Shown: in pieces, positions 16,934 to 26,200 of the stretch
Layout: each line of letters opens with the position of its first letter
Position numbering within the stretch: position 1 is the first letter of the stretch
IMG/VR virus record: IMGVR_UViG_3300037400_001528
Source: a virus
Length of the DNA: 36,565 bases
Direction: 5' to 3' (one strand)
The notes under the pieces: generated by a model
Databases searched by the model: none
What the model was told of the DNA's origin: nothing
The model's input: the letters and a program-made list of their open reading frames with translations, nothing else
Made by a program: the position numbers and the translations under genes

Positions 16934-16976
16934 GCAATCCGCTAATCTCCGCCCCGTGTGGGCGGGATAGCGGAAA

Positions 16977-16986
16977 AATGACTATA
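16977..16986 (+). promoter_or_regulatory. Late motif AATGACTATA, copy upstream of the Avd-TR-RT unit
   Basis: Perfect 10-mer, 18 nt before the ATG at 17005. Confidence 0.6.
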
Positions 16987-17004
16987 TGATAAAAGGTTTA
17001 TAAA

Positions 17005-17553
17005 ATGAGTGTTCTGAAAAACTTACAGAATCTAAGCGATTTAGAGTTTTACAAATGCGCGGAAAAATTGCAGGACGACATCACGGATTTTGCGCTGCGT
17101 AACTTCGGATTAAAACGAAGCCCGCGAAGCGTAAATCAGATAATCAAAGATATTGAGGAAACAGACCAAGAAACCATAAACGGGATTTTTGCGAAATACG
17201 GCAAGAAACCGAATCAAGGTTTTAACAGCGAATTTCCCGAATGGTTTATCGAAAACCGTAAGCTGCATTTAATTGCATTTACAGACACACTAATTGAAAA
17301 CATCATAGCCGCCAACATCATACACCCCGTAACAATCGCGGAATGTGACCAGCGGCGATGTTTACAAGACGCGGCAATAGGTGTTTGCGGTAATCTCTAC
17401 AGAGAATTTCAATATCTAAAACGCCATTTGCCTATAAACCTAAATTGGATTGCGGGTACTATTGCCCTAATCCAATACGAGGAAAAATTATTGAAAGGTT
17501 GGCGACAATCAGACAATAAAATCCGTAGTAAAATACAGAATAAACAAGGGTAA
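17005..17553 (+). CDS. avd: DGR accessory variability determinant (Avd-like helical bundle protein)
   Basis: 182 aa, helical, between VR1 and the TR. LEFYKCAEKLQDDITDF at the N-terminus and a basic tail LLKGWRQSDNKIRSKIQNKQG, as in Avd/four-helix-bundle proteins. Longer than typical Avd. Confidence 0.6.
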   Translation: MSVLKNLQNLSDLEFYKCAEKLQDDITDFALRNFGLKRSPRSVNQIIKDIEETDQETINGIFAKYGKKPNQGFNSEFPEWFIENRKLHLIAFTDTLIENIIAANIIHPVTIAECDQRRCLQDAAIGVCGNLYREFQYLKRHLPINLNWIAGTIALIQYEEKLLKGWRQSDNKIRSKIQNKQG

Positions 17554-17560
17554 GATTTGT

Positions 17561-17656
17561 TATTGCGTCCGCCGCTAATTTCTGCAATGCCAACAACAAT
17601 GGCAATAGCAACTACAACAACGCGAGCAATGCGAACAATTACGTTCGTCCCCGATT
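17561..17656 (+). repeat. DGR template repeat (TR)
   Basis: Contains 30 adenines. In the target frame it carries 12 AAY codons (AAT TTC TGC AAT GCC AAC AAC AAT GGC AAT AGC AAC TAC AAC AAC GCG AGC AAT GCG AAC AAT TAC). Non-coding position between avd and RT. Confidence 0.9.
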
Positions 17657-17809
17657 TGAATGGCGCACAGCGTATTTTTAGACAAGTGCGTTTAACGAAG
17701 GAAATCTTATCCTGCGCCGTAACAAGCCGAACAAAACGGGCGACGCGGTTTGATAAGTCAATACCGCTACACGCGCCCGTTATTTTTTTTATATTTAGGA
17801 TTTTTGAAA
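17657..17809 (+). ncRNA. TR-RT spacer (candidate structured Sp part of the DGR RNA)
   Basis: ggcgca (17662-17667) can pair with tgcgcc (17713-17718). An imperfect hairpin at 17736-17780 (acgggcg/cgcccgt and gcggt/accgc) is followed by a T8 run (17783-17790). Confidence 0.45.
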
Positions 17810-18889
17810 ATGGGTACATTGTACGAAAAGCTGCTAGATCTGAACAACCTACACGAAGCCTACATAAAAAGCAAAAGCGGCGTGGAGTGGAAAGAATCAG
17901 TACAAAAATACGGAATCTACGAGCTGGCACACATTCAAGAATTGAGCGAAGCCCTTAAAAATCATACCTACAGGCAAAAGCCTTTTTATGAGTTCGACAT
18001 CAACGAACGCGGAAAGCAGCGGCATATTAAAAGCCTGCACATCAGCGACCGCGTTTTACAGCGCGCATTATGCGACCAAATATTAACGCCCGAATTGCAG
18101 AAATATTTAATTTATGACAACGGCGCGAGCGTAAAAGATAAAGGGATAGAGTTTTCCCGCCGACGGCTAAAAACACATTTAACACGCTATTATAAAAAGT
18201 ACGGGCGCGACGGCTATATATTGCTGATTGATTTTTCAAAATATTTTGACAATATCCGCCACGACAAACTATTAGAAATGATTGCCGAAAAAATCGACGA
18301 CGCGGAAGTTATAGAACTATTGCGGCATTTAATCACAACGTTCGACACGGCAGAAAACGCGGGGCGTTCGGTTGGAATCGGCAGCCAAATATCACAGATT
18401 GCAGGGATTTTCTACCCGACCCGCATTGATAATTATTGCAAGATAGTCCGCAGCGTAAAATATTACGGCCGCTATATGGACGATACATATATCATTCATA
18501 ACGACAAACAATATTTGCGCGAGCTATTGCACGACATACAGCAGATTTGCGACGAATTAGGAATCATCATAACCAAAAAGAAAACGCAGATTGTAAAACT
18601 TTCAAACGGTTTCACATTTCTAAAAATGCGCTATTTAATCACGGACACAGGAAAGATTATTGTAATTCCATGCAAAGCCAGCATAACACGCGAACGGCGC
18701 AAGCTGCTGAAATTAAAAAGATTTGTATTAGCGGGGCGTATAACACCCGCAGAAATCCGCGAGCAATACAAAAGCTGGCGCGGAAATCTAATCAAATACA
18801 ACGCATATAAAAGCGTTCGCTCCACGGACGCATTATATAAATCACTATTCGGGAGTAATTATGGTCAAAAAGAAAAAGGAATTAACTGA
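17810..18889 (+). CDS. DGR reverse transcriptase
   Basis: Motifs ISDRVLQRAL, LLIDFSKYFDNIRH, VGIGSQISQIAGIFY (DGR-type I/LGxxxSQ), YGRYMDDTYII (YxDD) and FTFLKMRY. I prefer the ATG at 17810 (MGTLYEKL) over the track start at 17750. Confidence 0.9.
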   Translation: MGTLYEKLLDLNNLHEAYIKSKSGVEWKESVQKYGIYELAHIQELSEALKNHTYRQKPFYEFDINERGKQRHIKSLHISDRVLQRALCDQILTPELQKYLIYDNGASVKDKGIEFSRRRLKTHLTRYYKKYGRDGYILLIDFSKYFDNIRHDKLLEMIAEKIDDAEVIELLRHLITTFDTAENAGRSVGIGSQISQIAGIFYPTRIDNYCKIVRSVKYYGRYMDDTYIIHNDKQYLRELLHDIQQICDELGIIITKKKTQIVKLSNGFTFLKMRYLITDTGKIIVIPCKASITRERRKLLKLKRFVLAGRITPAEIREQYKSWRGNLIKYNAYKSVRSTDALYKSLFGSNYGQKEKGIN

Positions 18890-19115
18890 AACCGAGCGCG
18901 ACGCGATAGAATCACAAATCCGCACGCTCACATCAAAGCTCGATGCGCCTACGAGTGATATAGGCGATTGGAAAATCATCAAGATTTATGAAGCGCGACT
19001 TAGCGGCGAAAGCGACCCGTACAATTACGAGGAATTAAAGGCAGCCCGCCAAGCAGTCCGAGCTGAAATCAACGCGCTACAGGCACAGCTGGAACAATCC
19101 AGCGAGGGGGAATAA
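18861..19115 (+). CDS. Hypothetical coiled-coil protein downstream of RT
   Basis: 84 aa. Overlaps the RT 3' end by 29 nt. Confidence 0.5.
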   Translation: MVKKKKELTETERDAIESQIRTLTSKLDAPTSDIGDWKIIKIYEARLSGESDPYNYEELKAARQAVRAEINALQAQLEQSSEGE

Positions 19116-19261
19116 TGCAAAAGGGGATTGTATTGTCACAGGCGGACATAAAAAAGATTATCGCCGAACATTTCAAAGTAACCGAAGATAAAGTCGTACC
19201 GACGCGCTATAGTTTCATAGTGCTGGAAGAAGAGGACGACGGAAAGCTGCATATTAAATAA
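19115..19261 (+). CDS. Small hypothetical protein (48 aa)
   Basis: Hand-translated: MQKGIVLSQADIKKIIAEHFKVTEDKVVPTRYSFIVLEEEDDGKLHIK. GAGGGGG RBS upstream and a terminator 8 nt after the stop. Confidence 0.4.
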   Translation: MQKGIVLSQADIKKIIAEHFKVTEDKVVPTRYSFIVLEEEDDGKLHIK

Positions 19262-19268
19262 ACCACAT

Positions 19269-19296
19269 GCCCCGTAATTATGCGGGGCTTTTTTTT
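19269..19296 (+). terminator. Rho-independent terminator ending the fibre/DGR operon
   Basis: gccccgta-atta-tgcggggc (8-bp stem with one G-U pair) followed by T8. Confidence 0.8.
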
Positions 19297-19306
19297 ATTT
19301 TCCTTA

Positions 19307-19316
19307 AATGACTATA
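19307..19316 (+). promoter_or_regulatory. Late motif AATGACTATA, copy 5 nt upstream of the tape measure ATG
   Basis: Perfect 10-mer immediately after the terminator. Confidence 0.6.
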
Positions 19317-19321
19317 TAAGC

Positions 19322-22057
19322 ATGGCAAACGACGGTGAAGTAAGCATAGGCACAAAGGTAGACACTACCGGATTGGACAAAGGTCTGCGCACGGTGCAGA
19401 ATAAAGTTAACAACACATCAAAAGACCTCGGCAAAGGCTCCAAAGCCGTAAACGGATTAAAGACAGCGTTCAATGAAACTGGCGGCGCGGCGGCTGGATT
19501 CGCAAACAAAATGCAGGGCGTGGCAACCAGCGGCGGCGCGGTAGGTGCGGGAATCACGGCGGCGGTATTGGCGGCAAAAAAGTATATTGAAATACTCAAA
19601 GAAGCAACCGAAGCCTACAAGGTGCAGGAAAAAGCAGAAATGGCATTGGAGAAAGCTGCGGAAAACAATCCGTATCTAAGCCAGATAAGCGTCCAGCGTT
19701 TGAAGGATTACGCCAGCGAATTGCAGAAAGTCAGCAACTACGGCGACGAGGTAACGATAGACATAATGGCACAACTGGCCAGCACGGGGCGCACGGAATC
19801 CGAGATTATGAAGATTATGGGCGCGGCGGCGGACTATGCGGCGGCGAAACATATTGATTTGAAAACGGCGGCAGAATCGCTTAACGCCACATACAGCGGC
19901 ATGGCTGGCACTATGGGGCGGCAGATTGCCGACATCAAAGAGTTGACCGACGAACAGCTTAAAAACGGCGATGCCATCGACCTGATTGCAGAAAAATACA
20001 AAGGCTTCGCGGAGCGGTCGCAGGACAGCAGCGAACAGGCTAAAAACGCTTTCGGGGACTTCATGGAATCCGTCGGAGAGTTCGCAAACCCCGTCTTTGA
20101 TTCACTGAACAAAATGGCAAGGGGGTTCTGGGAAAGCATGACCTCCGTAATAAACAAGGTCAAAGAAGGGCTAAAGACCGCCCGCGAAACATGGGTAATC
20201 GGCGGCGATTACAGGTGGTCGCAAGAATATATGGAAGGGTTCGAAAAATCCTTGAAAAAAGTTGACTCGTCAAAACTAACTTTGTACATGGAAGATAAAG
20301 CCATGATACTGGACGACGACAGCATACACCACCTGTCCGTTTATCTGGAGACAAAGAAAGACATAAATGAGGTCGAATTAAAATACTTGGACATTTTGGA
20401 GCGGGAAACCCAGCACCGTAAAAACAAAGCCGCAGCCAATGCCGAATATGCCGAATATGCAGATAAATGGAGAAAGGCCTCAAAAGAAGAACTGGAAGCA
20501 CGGCTCAACGAATACGATACGCTCAAATACTCGGTGCAAGAACGAATGGCCATAAATGATTTGTTGCAAACCGCAACGTCAAAAATAACAACACCAAAGA
20601 TAAATTCATCATCAAAAACCTATAAGAAAACGGCCAATGATTATGCAGTCGAAAGCAACAAGGCCCTGCAAAACAATCTGTATGCGCTGGAAGTCGAAGC
20701 AAAGGTAAAAGGTGAAACTGTAAGCGCACAGGACAGGTATAACGTCTACCTCCAGTCATATATTGACCTGCTCACCAAAACCGAGGGACTCATCAAAGAG
20801 GGCTACCCCGTGGAACAGAAGCGGCTTGAACAGCTAGAGGAAGCAAAGAAAGCCCTAGAGGAAGCCGCCGCCGCAGAAAAGAAAGCCGCAGACGAAAAAG
20901 CCGCCGCAGAAAAGAAACTCGCCGCTATTATCGAATTGACACGCGCGGCGACCGACGCAATCAACGGCATAAAGCAGGAGCTGACACCAGCAGAAGAAAT
21001 GCAGAAGCAGATAGACGCTCTGGAAGAACTTAAAAACAAAATCAAAGAAACCAGCGACGAGGAAATAGCGGCGGCACAAGAGGGGCAGGAAAAGCAAATG
21101 TCAAAAGCCGAACTTGTAGCCGGACTGCAGGAAGCCGAAAAAGCCCTTGTAAAGGAGAAAGTGGACGCAATCGCCGCAAAAGAACAAAGCTGGTGGGACA
21201 AATACGCAAGCTCCCAAAAAGAACTGCTCGAAATGAAACAGGCCGTAAATGACAGCGAAGTTCTAAGCGAAGCAGAAAAATACGAAAAACTCAAAGAACT
21301 GGATGAAGCTTACAAACAAAGCAAGGCGGCGCAATATGCGGAACTTTTGGCACAGATACAGGACTACACAGGCCAAGCCGTGGACATTATGAGCCAGGCC
21401 TGTGACCTCATGCTGGAAACACAGAAGAACGAAGCGACTGCGGAACAGGCGGAGCTTGAACTGAAATACCGCAAGGGGGAAATTTCAGAAGAAGAGTACC
21501 AAGAGAAGCTGACGGAAAGCAAAAAGCAAGCTGCAAGGGAGCAGTATAAAATACAGATGGTACAATGGGCGGCAAGTTTGTTGCAGGCAACGGCGAACAT
21601 TGCGCAGGGCGTAACACAGGCGATTGCACAAGGCGGCGTTGCGGGACTTATTACGGGAGCCTTGGTTTCAGCGGCGGGCGGGGTTCAGATTGCGTCCATC
21701 ATTGCCAGCAAGCCCACCCCGCCGAATTTCAGCACGGGCGGAATAATCGGCGGCTCATCGTACCACGGGGACAACATAGCGGCGAACCTCAACAGCCGCG
21801 AAATGGTGATGAACCAATCCCAGCAAAAGAGACTGTGGGAGTTCATCAACGGCGGAAGCAATGGACAGGGCGGCGGAGCGAACATCGTAATAAACAACAG
21901 CGCGGCTAATCTTGTACGGGCGCAGCCGCAAATCACAAAAGACAAAATCGAATTATTGATTGACGCGCGAGTAAATGACAGCCTTAAAAACGGACGGTAT
22001 AACACAAGCCTGACTATGGCACAGCAGGGCATGAGCGGGGATTTTTACGGAATCTAA
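19322..22057 (+). CDS. Tail tape measure protein
   Basis: 911 aa, largely coiled-coil and Ala/Glu/Lys-rich, with a Gly-rich hydrophobic segment near the C-terminus. The track start at 19280 lies inside the terminator hairpin, so I use the ATG at 19322 (MANDGEV). Confidence 0.85.
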   Translation: MANDGEVSIGTKVDTTGLDKGLRTVQNKVNNTSKDLGKGSKAVNGLKTAFNETGGAAAGFANKMQGVATSGGAVGAGITAAVLAAKKYIEILKEATEAYKVQEKAEMALEKAAENNPYLSQISVQRLKDYASELQKVSNYGDEVTIDIMAQLASTGRTESEIMKIMGAAADYAAAKHIDLKTAAESLNATYSGMAGTMGRQIADIKELTDEQLKNGDAIDLIAEKYKGFAERSQDSSEQAKNAFGDFMESVGEFANPVFDSLNKMARGFWESMTSVINKVKEGLKTARETWVIGGDYRWSQEYMEGFEKSLKKVDSSKLTLYMEDKAMILDDDSIHHLSVYLETKKDINEVELKYLDILERETQHRKNKAAANAEYAEYADKWRKASKEELEARLNEYDTLKYSVQERMAINDLLQTATSKITTPKINSSSKTYKKTANDYAVESNKALQNNLYALEVEAKVKGETVSAQDRYNVYLQSYIDLLTKTEGLIKEGYPVEQKRLEQLEEAKKALEEAAAAEKKAADEKAAAEKKLAAIIELTRAATDAINGIKQELTPAEEMQKQIDALEELKNKIKETSDEEIAAAQEGQEKQMSKAELVAGLQEAEKALVKEKVDAIAAKEQSWWDKYASSQKELLEMKQAVNDSEVLSEAEKYEKLKELDEAYKQSKAAQYAELLAQIQDYTGQAVDIMSQACDLMLETQKNEATAEQAELELKYRKGEISEEEYQEKLTESKKQAAREQYKIQMVQWAASLLQATANIAQGVTQAIAQGGVAGLITGALVSAAGGVQIASIIASKPTPPNFSTGGIIGGSSYHGDNIAANLNSREMVMNQSQQKRLWEFINGGSNGQGGGANIVINNSAANLVRAQPQITKDKIELLIDARVNDSLKNGRYNTSLTMAQQGMSGDFYGI

Positions 22058-22084
22058 AATAAAGCGAAGCGTAAAGGGGGAAAC

Positions 22085-22450
22085 ATGGCTATAAATTGGA
22101 GCGCGTACTGCAACGCGGATTTTTACGGACAGGACGGCGGATATAAAGAGAACACCGAAGAAGTGGAGTTCAAGAGCGGGCGCACAATCAAATACTTAAA
22201 AAACAGCGCGGCAAAGAAAACACACGCCCTCAACCTTTCATTAAAAGACAAGGGGACGCTCAAAACCGACGGCAAAACGGAGTTTGAGCATTTCCTCTGG
22301 TGGTACGAAAACACAGCCAAAAGCGGCACAATCCCGTGCAACTTGACCGACATAATAACGGGCAGCGGTACAAAACAGTATTTAATTAAAGTTGAGGGCT
22401 GGACAGGCCAGCGGAACAAAGAAGTGAGCCTAGAACTCGAAGAGGTTTAA
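22085..22450 (+). CDS. Minor tail protein (position of lambda gpM)
   Basis: 121 aa, first gene after the tape measure gene. Confidence 0.45.
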   Translation: MAINWSAYCNADFYGQDGGYKENTEEVEFKSGRTIKYLKNSAAKKTHALNLSLKDKGTLKTDGKTEFEHFLWWYENTAKSGTIPCNLTDIITGSGTKQYLIKVEGWTGQRNKEVSLELEEV

Positions 22451-22451
22451 A

Positions 22452-22886
22452 ATGAACATCTACAGACAACTGGCAGAGGGCGGCGGCTATAATCTCCCCT
22501 TTTTGGTGCATTTATCCAGCCCCGACAACGCCACGCATATTTATTTAATCAACGACAATCAAGATATGCCATTCGGCGGCCATACATACGCGGCAAGTAA
22601 TTTTACATACACGCCGAACGAAAACGGCGACAGCACTCTAGACATTGAGCTTGTCGGACATGACGACATCATCGACATTTTGGAAGAAAACGAACATTTC
22701 AACATTGAGGTAATCGGGATTTTTAATGGCGAAGAGGTTGAGGCAATCGAACAGCATAAACATAAATACGGTGAAGTTACATGGAGTGCCGTAAAATCGG
22801 AAATGAAGCTAAATAAAGATGACCGTGGGGAAATGACTTTTCCCGCATTGATTTTCAATTCATACAACAACAAAGGGAATAACTAA
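22452..22886 (+). CDS. Minor tail protein (position of lambda gpL)
   Basis: 144 aa, second gene after the tape measure gene. Confidence 0.4.
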   Translation: MNIYRQLAEGGGYNLPFLVHLSSPDNATHIYLINDNQDMPFGGHTYAASNFTYTPNENGDSTLDIELVGHDDIIDILEENEHFNIEVIGIFNGEEVEAIEQHKHKYGEVTWSAVKSEMKLNKDDRGEMTFPALIFNSYNNKGNN

Positions 22887-22888
22887 AA

Positions 22889-23299
22889 ATGAAATATGAC
22901 GACTTGCTAAATATCCCGTTTAAGAAGTTCGGGCGCGACAAAAGTGGCTATGACTGCTACGGCGCAGTAATGGAGTGCTGCAAGCGGGCGGGAACACCGC
23001 TAAAAGATTTATACGGCGACATTGTAGACCTCCCCGCCGATAGCGTAAATGACTATATAGGCGGGGGATTGAATGTAAAAGAAATAGACGCTCCGAAAGT
23101 GGGTGCGCTTGTATATTCAATCTACAAAGGCAATGTTCACGTAGGCTATATCGTAGAACGCGGGAAAGTTTTACACGCCACAATAGACAAGGGAATAAAA
23201 ATATCTCCATTGGCGGCATTGCACCCCATAGCATATTATGAGGTTGTAAATGAAAGCGACGCTATACAAGGAACTGTCAAACAAAAAGACCCCGATTGA
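22889..23299 (+). CDS. NlpC/P60-family tail tip protein (gpK-like)
   Basis: Catalytic Cys context GYDCYGAVMEC and His context GNVHVGYIVERGKVLHAT. Its position matches lambda gpK. Confidence 0.6.
   Translation: MKYDDLLNIPFKKFGRDKSGYDCYGAVMECCKRAGTPLKDLYGDIVDLPADSVNDYIGGGLNVKEIDAPKVGALVYSIYKGNVHVGYIVERGKVLHATIDKGIKISPLAALHPIAYYEVVNESDAIQGTVKQKDPD
23048..23057 (+). promoter_or_regulatory. Late motif AATGACTATA, intragenic copy about 190 nt upstream of the J-like gene
   Basis: Perfect 10-mer followed by TAGGCGG, the same 17-nt string as the copy at 14701. Lies inside CDS 22889-23299. Confidence 0.45.
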
Positions 23300-26200
23300 A
23301 GTAAAGGCCGGGCAGACAATCAGAGAAGCCCTGCCCGATTTTGACCTTGAAAACGCAATCATTTTAATAAACGGAAAAATCAAGAATCCAGGCTACCGAC
23401 TGAAAGAAAACGATACCGTTATGATAAGGCTTACCCCCGGCAGTACAACCGCAGTTATGATTACTTTAATTATTGTTGCGGTTGTAGCCGTCGGTGCGGG
23501 CGTTGCGGGCGGAATTGCTGCATACAAAGCAAAGCTGGCGGCGGAAAAAGCACAGGAAGAGCTTGAAAAAGTAAAAAGGCTCACAAACAAAAGCGACATC
23601 GACAACCGCCCGTTTTTACGGGGTGCGTCTAACACATTGGCAACAGGTAACAGCCAGCCGTATATCATCGGGCGGCATTTTTTCACTCCGTATTTATTGA
23701 GCAGCCCATTTTATAAGATTACAGGAACGGACGGCGCGGACGAATACACATATACCGTGCTGGAATGTGGATTCAATCAACAGATAATCCAAAAGCTCGC
23801 CATTGACGACATCGTAATAAAATCATTCTCGCAGACATCGCCGCAAGAGGGTGCATTTAATCTCGACACGGGTATTTTCGCAGAGGACGGACTCGTCGAA
23901 ATTGCACAGGACGGCGCATTATTAACAGAACTGCCCGCCTTGAACTACAAAACCGAATCAAAGGCTTGCAATGATGAAATTCCACACGATAGCGATGTAG
24001 TAGCAGGCACACAGAAATATTTGACCTACACGCTCAACCCATACGCCAAAGATGTTGATATTGCTATCACTTTCCCGTATGGCCTTTATGCCATGAATGA
24101 CGACGGCGACAAAATTGAAACGCAAACGACAATCACACCGCAGTATTCATTGGACGGCGGCAGCACATGGACAGATTTTACATTCGACAACAACGGCACG
24201 GCCACAAATACATTTAAGCGCAATGTGTCTACAAAAGAATTGCGCTATGTAGCCCACAAAGATTTTACACTCGCAAACTATAACACATTGTACGCCAACG
24301 GGCAGAAATCTATTTATATCAGAATCCGCAACAACGGCAACGCGGGCGACAGCATGATACATAATGATTGCTATGTATTGTATTATCAGAGCGTTTGCTT
24401 TGACCCCGACAAAAGCGCGGATGAATTGATACCATGCAAGATTGTAGAGGACAGGGAACGCGCTTTCTGCACCATTTTAGGCTTGAAGCTGAAAGCAACA
24501 AAAATAAACGAGGATAAATTAAAGAAAATCAATATCATATCGCACGGCGTAGCCCGCACATGGAACGGCACGGAATGGAGCAGCACGAAAAGCGCAACCC
24601 GTAACCCCGCCGCTTGGGTATTGGAAATTGAAACCAGCGACAGCCACCCAGCAAGCAAGTATTTAGATAGCGAAATAGACCTCGACAGCTTCGGCGATTA
24701 TTACGAATGGTGCGAGCTGAACGGCTACAAGTTCGATTATGTAATCACGCAGAACATGAAAAAAGACGATGTATTAAATTACATCATGGAAGCTACAGGC
24801 GCGTGCATCTATACCGATATTTACGGACGGCGCGCCGTTGCATTTGACCACCCGCAGGAAAACGCGCTCGCGGTTTATAACCCGCAGAACATTATAGACA
24901 TTCAGAATAAAAAGACATTTGGCCGCAGAACCGACGCGCTCCGCATAAAATGGGTAAACAGCAGTGATGATTTATTCCAAGAAGATACATACCTACTTAT
25001 GCGCGAAGTTGACGGCGTACCTTTGACGCTGAACGAAAACAGTATAATAAAAGATGTAACAATAACAGGAATCACGACCTTTGACCACATCGTCAAATAT
25101 GCCCGCCGTTTAATGTCCGTTGAGATTTTGCGCCCGAAAACCACCATTATTGAAGTCGGAAACGAGGGTATTTTTTACACCCCGCTGTCAAAGATTTTAA
25201 TACAGGACGACAGTTTAAAAATTGGAATCGGCAAAGGCTACACAATCCGCGAATGTGTATGGCAAAGCGGATTGTTGAAAAAGATTTACACAAACGAGCT
25301 TCTCACATTCGACCCGCAGAAATCCTACGGAATAATCGTTAACTGCTATTCCATCGACGACGGAAAGCCCGTAGCGATTAAGGTAACAGGCACGGGCACA
25401 ACCGACGAATTAACCGTAATAACACCTATTCGCAGTAGCGCGGCATTTAAGCCCGAAAGCGGTAATATTTTCAGCTTCGGCGAATTAGACACCGACGGCG
25501 AGTTTAGCAAAGTAACGAACGAATATTTAATCGGCGACATCAAGCGCAGCGACAAAGGCTTTAATCTTGAATTGGTAAACTACAATGAAGCCATATATGA
25601 CAGCGGCACAATCCCCGAATATAAAAGCAATATCACCAAAAAGGCGACGGCAGAGAAAAAGGGAATCCCAGCCGACGCGGTAACGCATGAGGAATTATTA
25701 GAAACCGTCGCAACCGTGGACGGCACAAAGGCCGCACAGGAAGCGGCAAATGAAGTTGTCCACGGAATCCATTTTACAAATGTACACCGCATTAAAGATA
25801 TGGAGTTATCGCTCGAAGAAATCCTCGACAGAATCGACAGCGATGCAGCAGAAGCCGCAGCGGGTATATCCGTGTCCGAAGAAGAAATTTTAATGAAGGT
25901 CGCGGACACCGAAGCAGAACTTCTCGCCGTTTTGGATATACAGGCCAGCGCAATAACGGCAATGGTACAGGGCGGCGGCGCAACAGGTCAAATGTCGCTA
26001 TCCCTCGAATTGCCCGTAATGATTGACGCAACCACCCGTGCGCAATTCGTACAGGCCAGCACCGAAGCGAAAGTCGCCGCCGTATATGCGCAGCTAGAGG
26101 GTACAAGCGGCGCGGGCATAAGATACGCAATCAAGGGCAGCGCAAGCAACGCAGCCGTAAAAGCATTATGGGATGACGCTGTGGCGGGCGCATTGATTGC

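Noticed and set aside
17557-17958. 133-aa + strand ORF (MLLRPPLISAMPTTMAIATTTTRAMRT...) and the antisense 173-aa ORF at 17409-17930, both covering the TR and spacer
   Set aside because: They are read-throughs of the adenine-rich template repeat and its non-coding spacer, with no RBS. The Thr/Ala/Ile runs are just the AAC/AAT repeats read in other frames. The region is better explained as the DGR TR plus Sp RNA.
19280-19321. Upstream start (19280) of the tape measure ORF
   Set aside because: That ATG lies inside the terminator hairpin and T-run (19269-19296) and upstream of the late motif. The ATG at 19322 follows the motif.
20803-21909. Long antisense and alternative-frame ORFs inside the tape measure gene (for example 20803-21294 minus, 21565-21909 plus). 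Also similar Arg-rich alternative-frame ORFs elsewhere: 3873-4079, 8299-8481, 15476-15706, 18547-18810, 30376-30588, 31529-31789, 32476-32787, 33012-33224 and 35858-36133.
   Set aside because: They are low-complexity Ser/Ala/Phe or Arg/Lys-rich translations of purine-rich coding sequence. They lack RBSs and are fully nested in better-supported genes.
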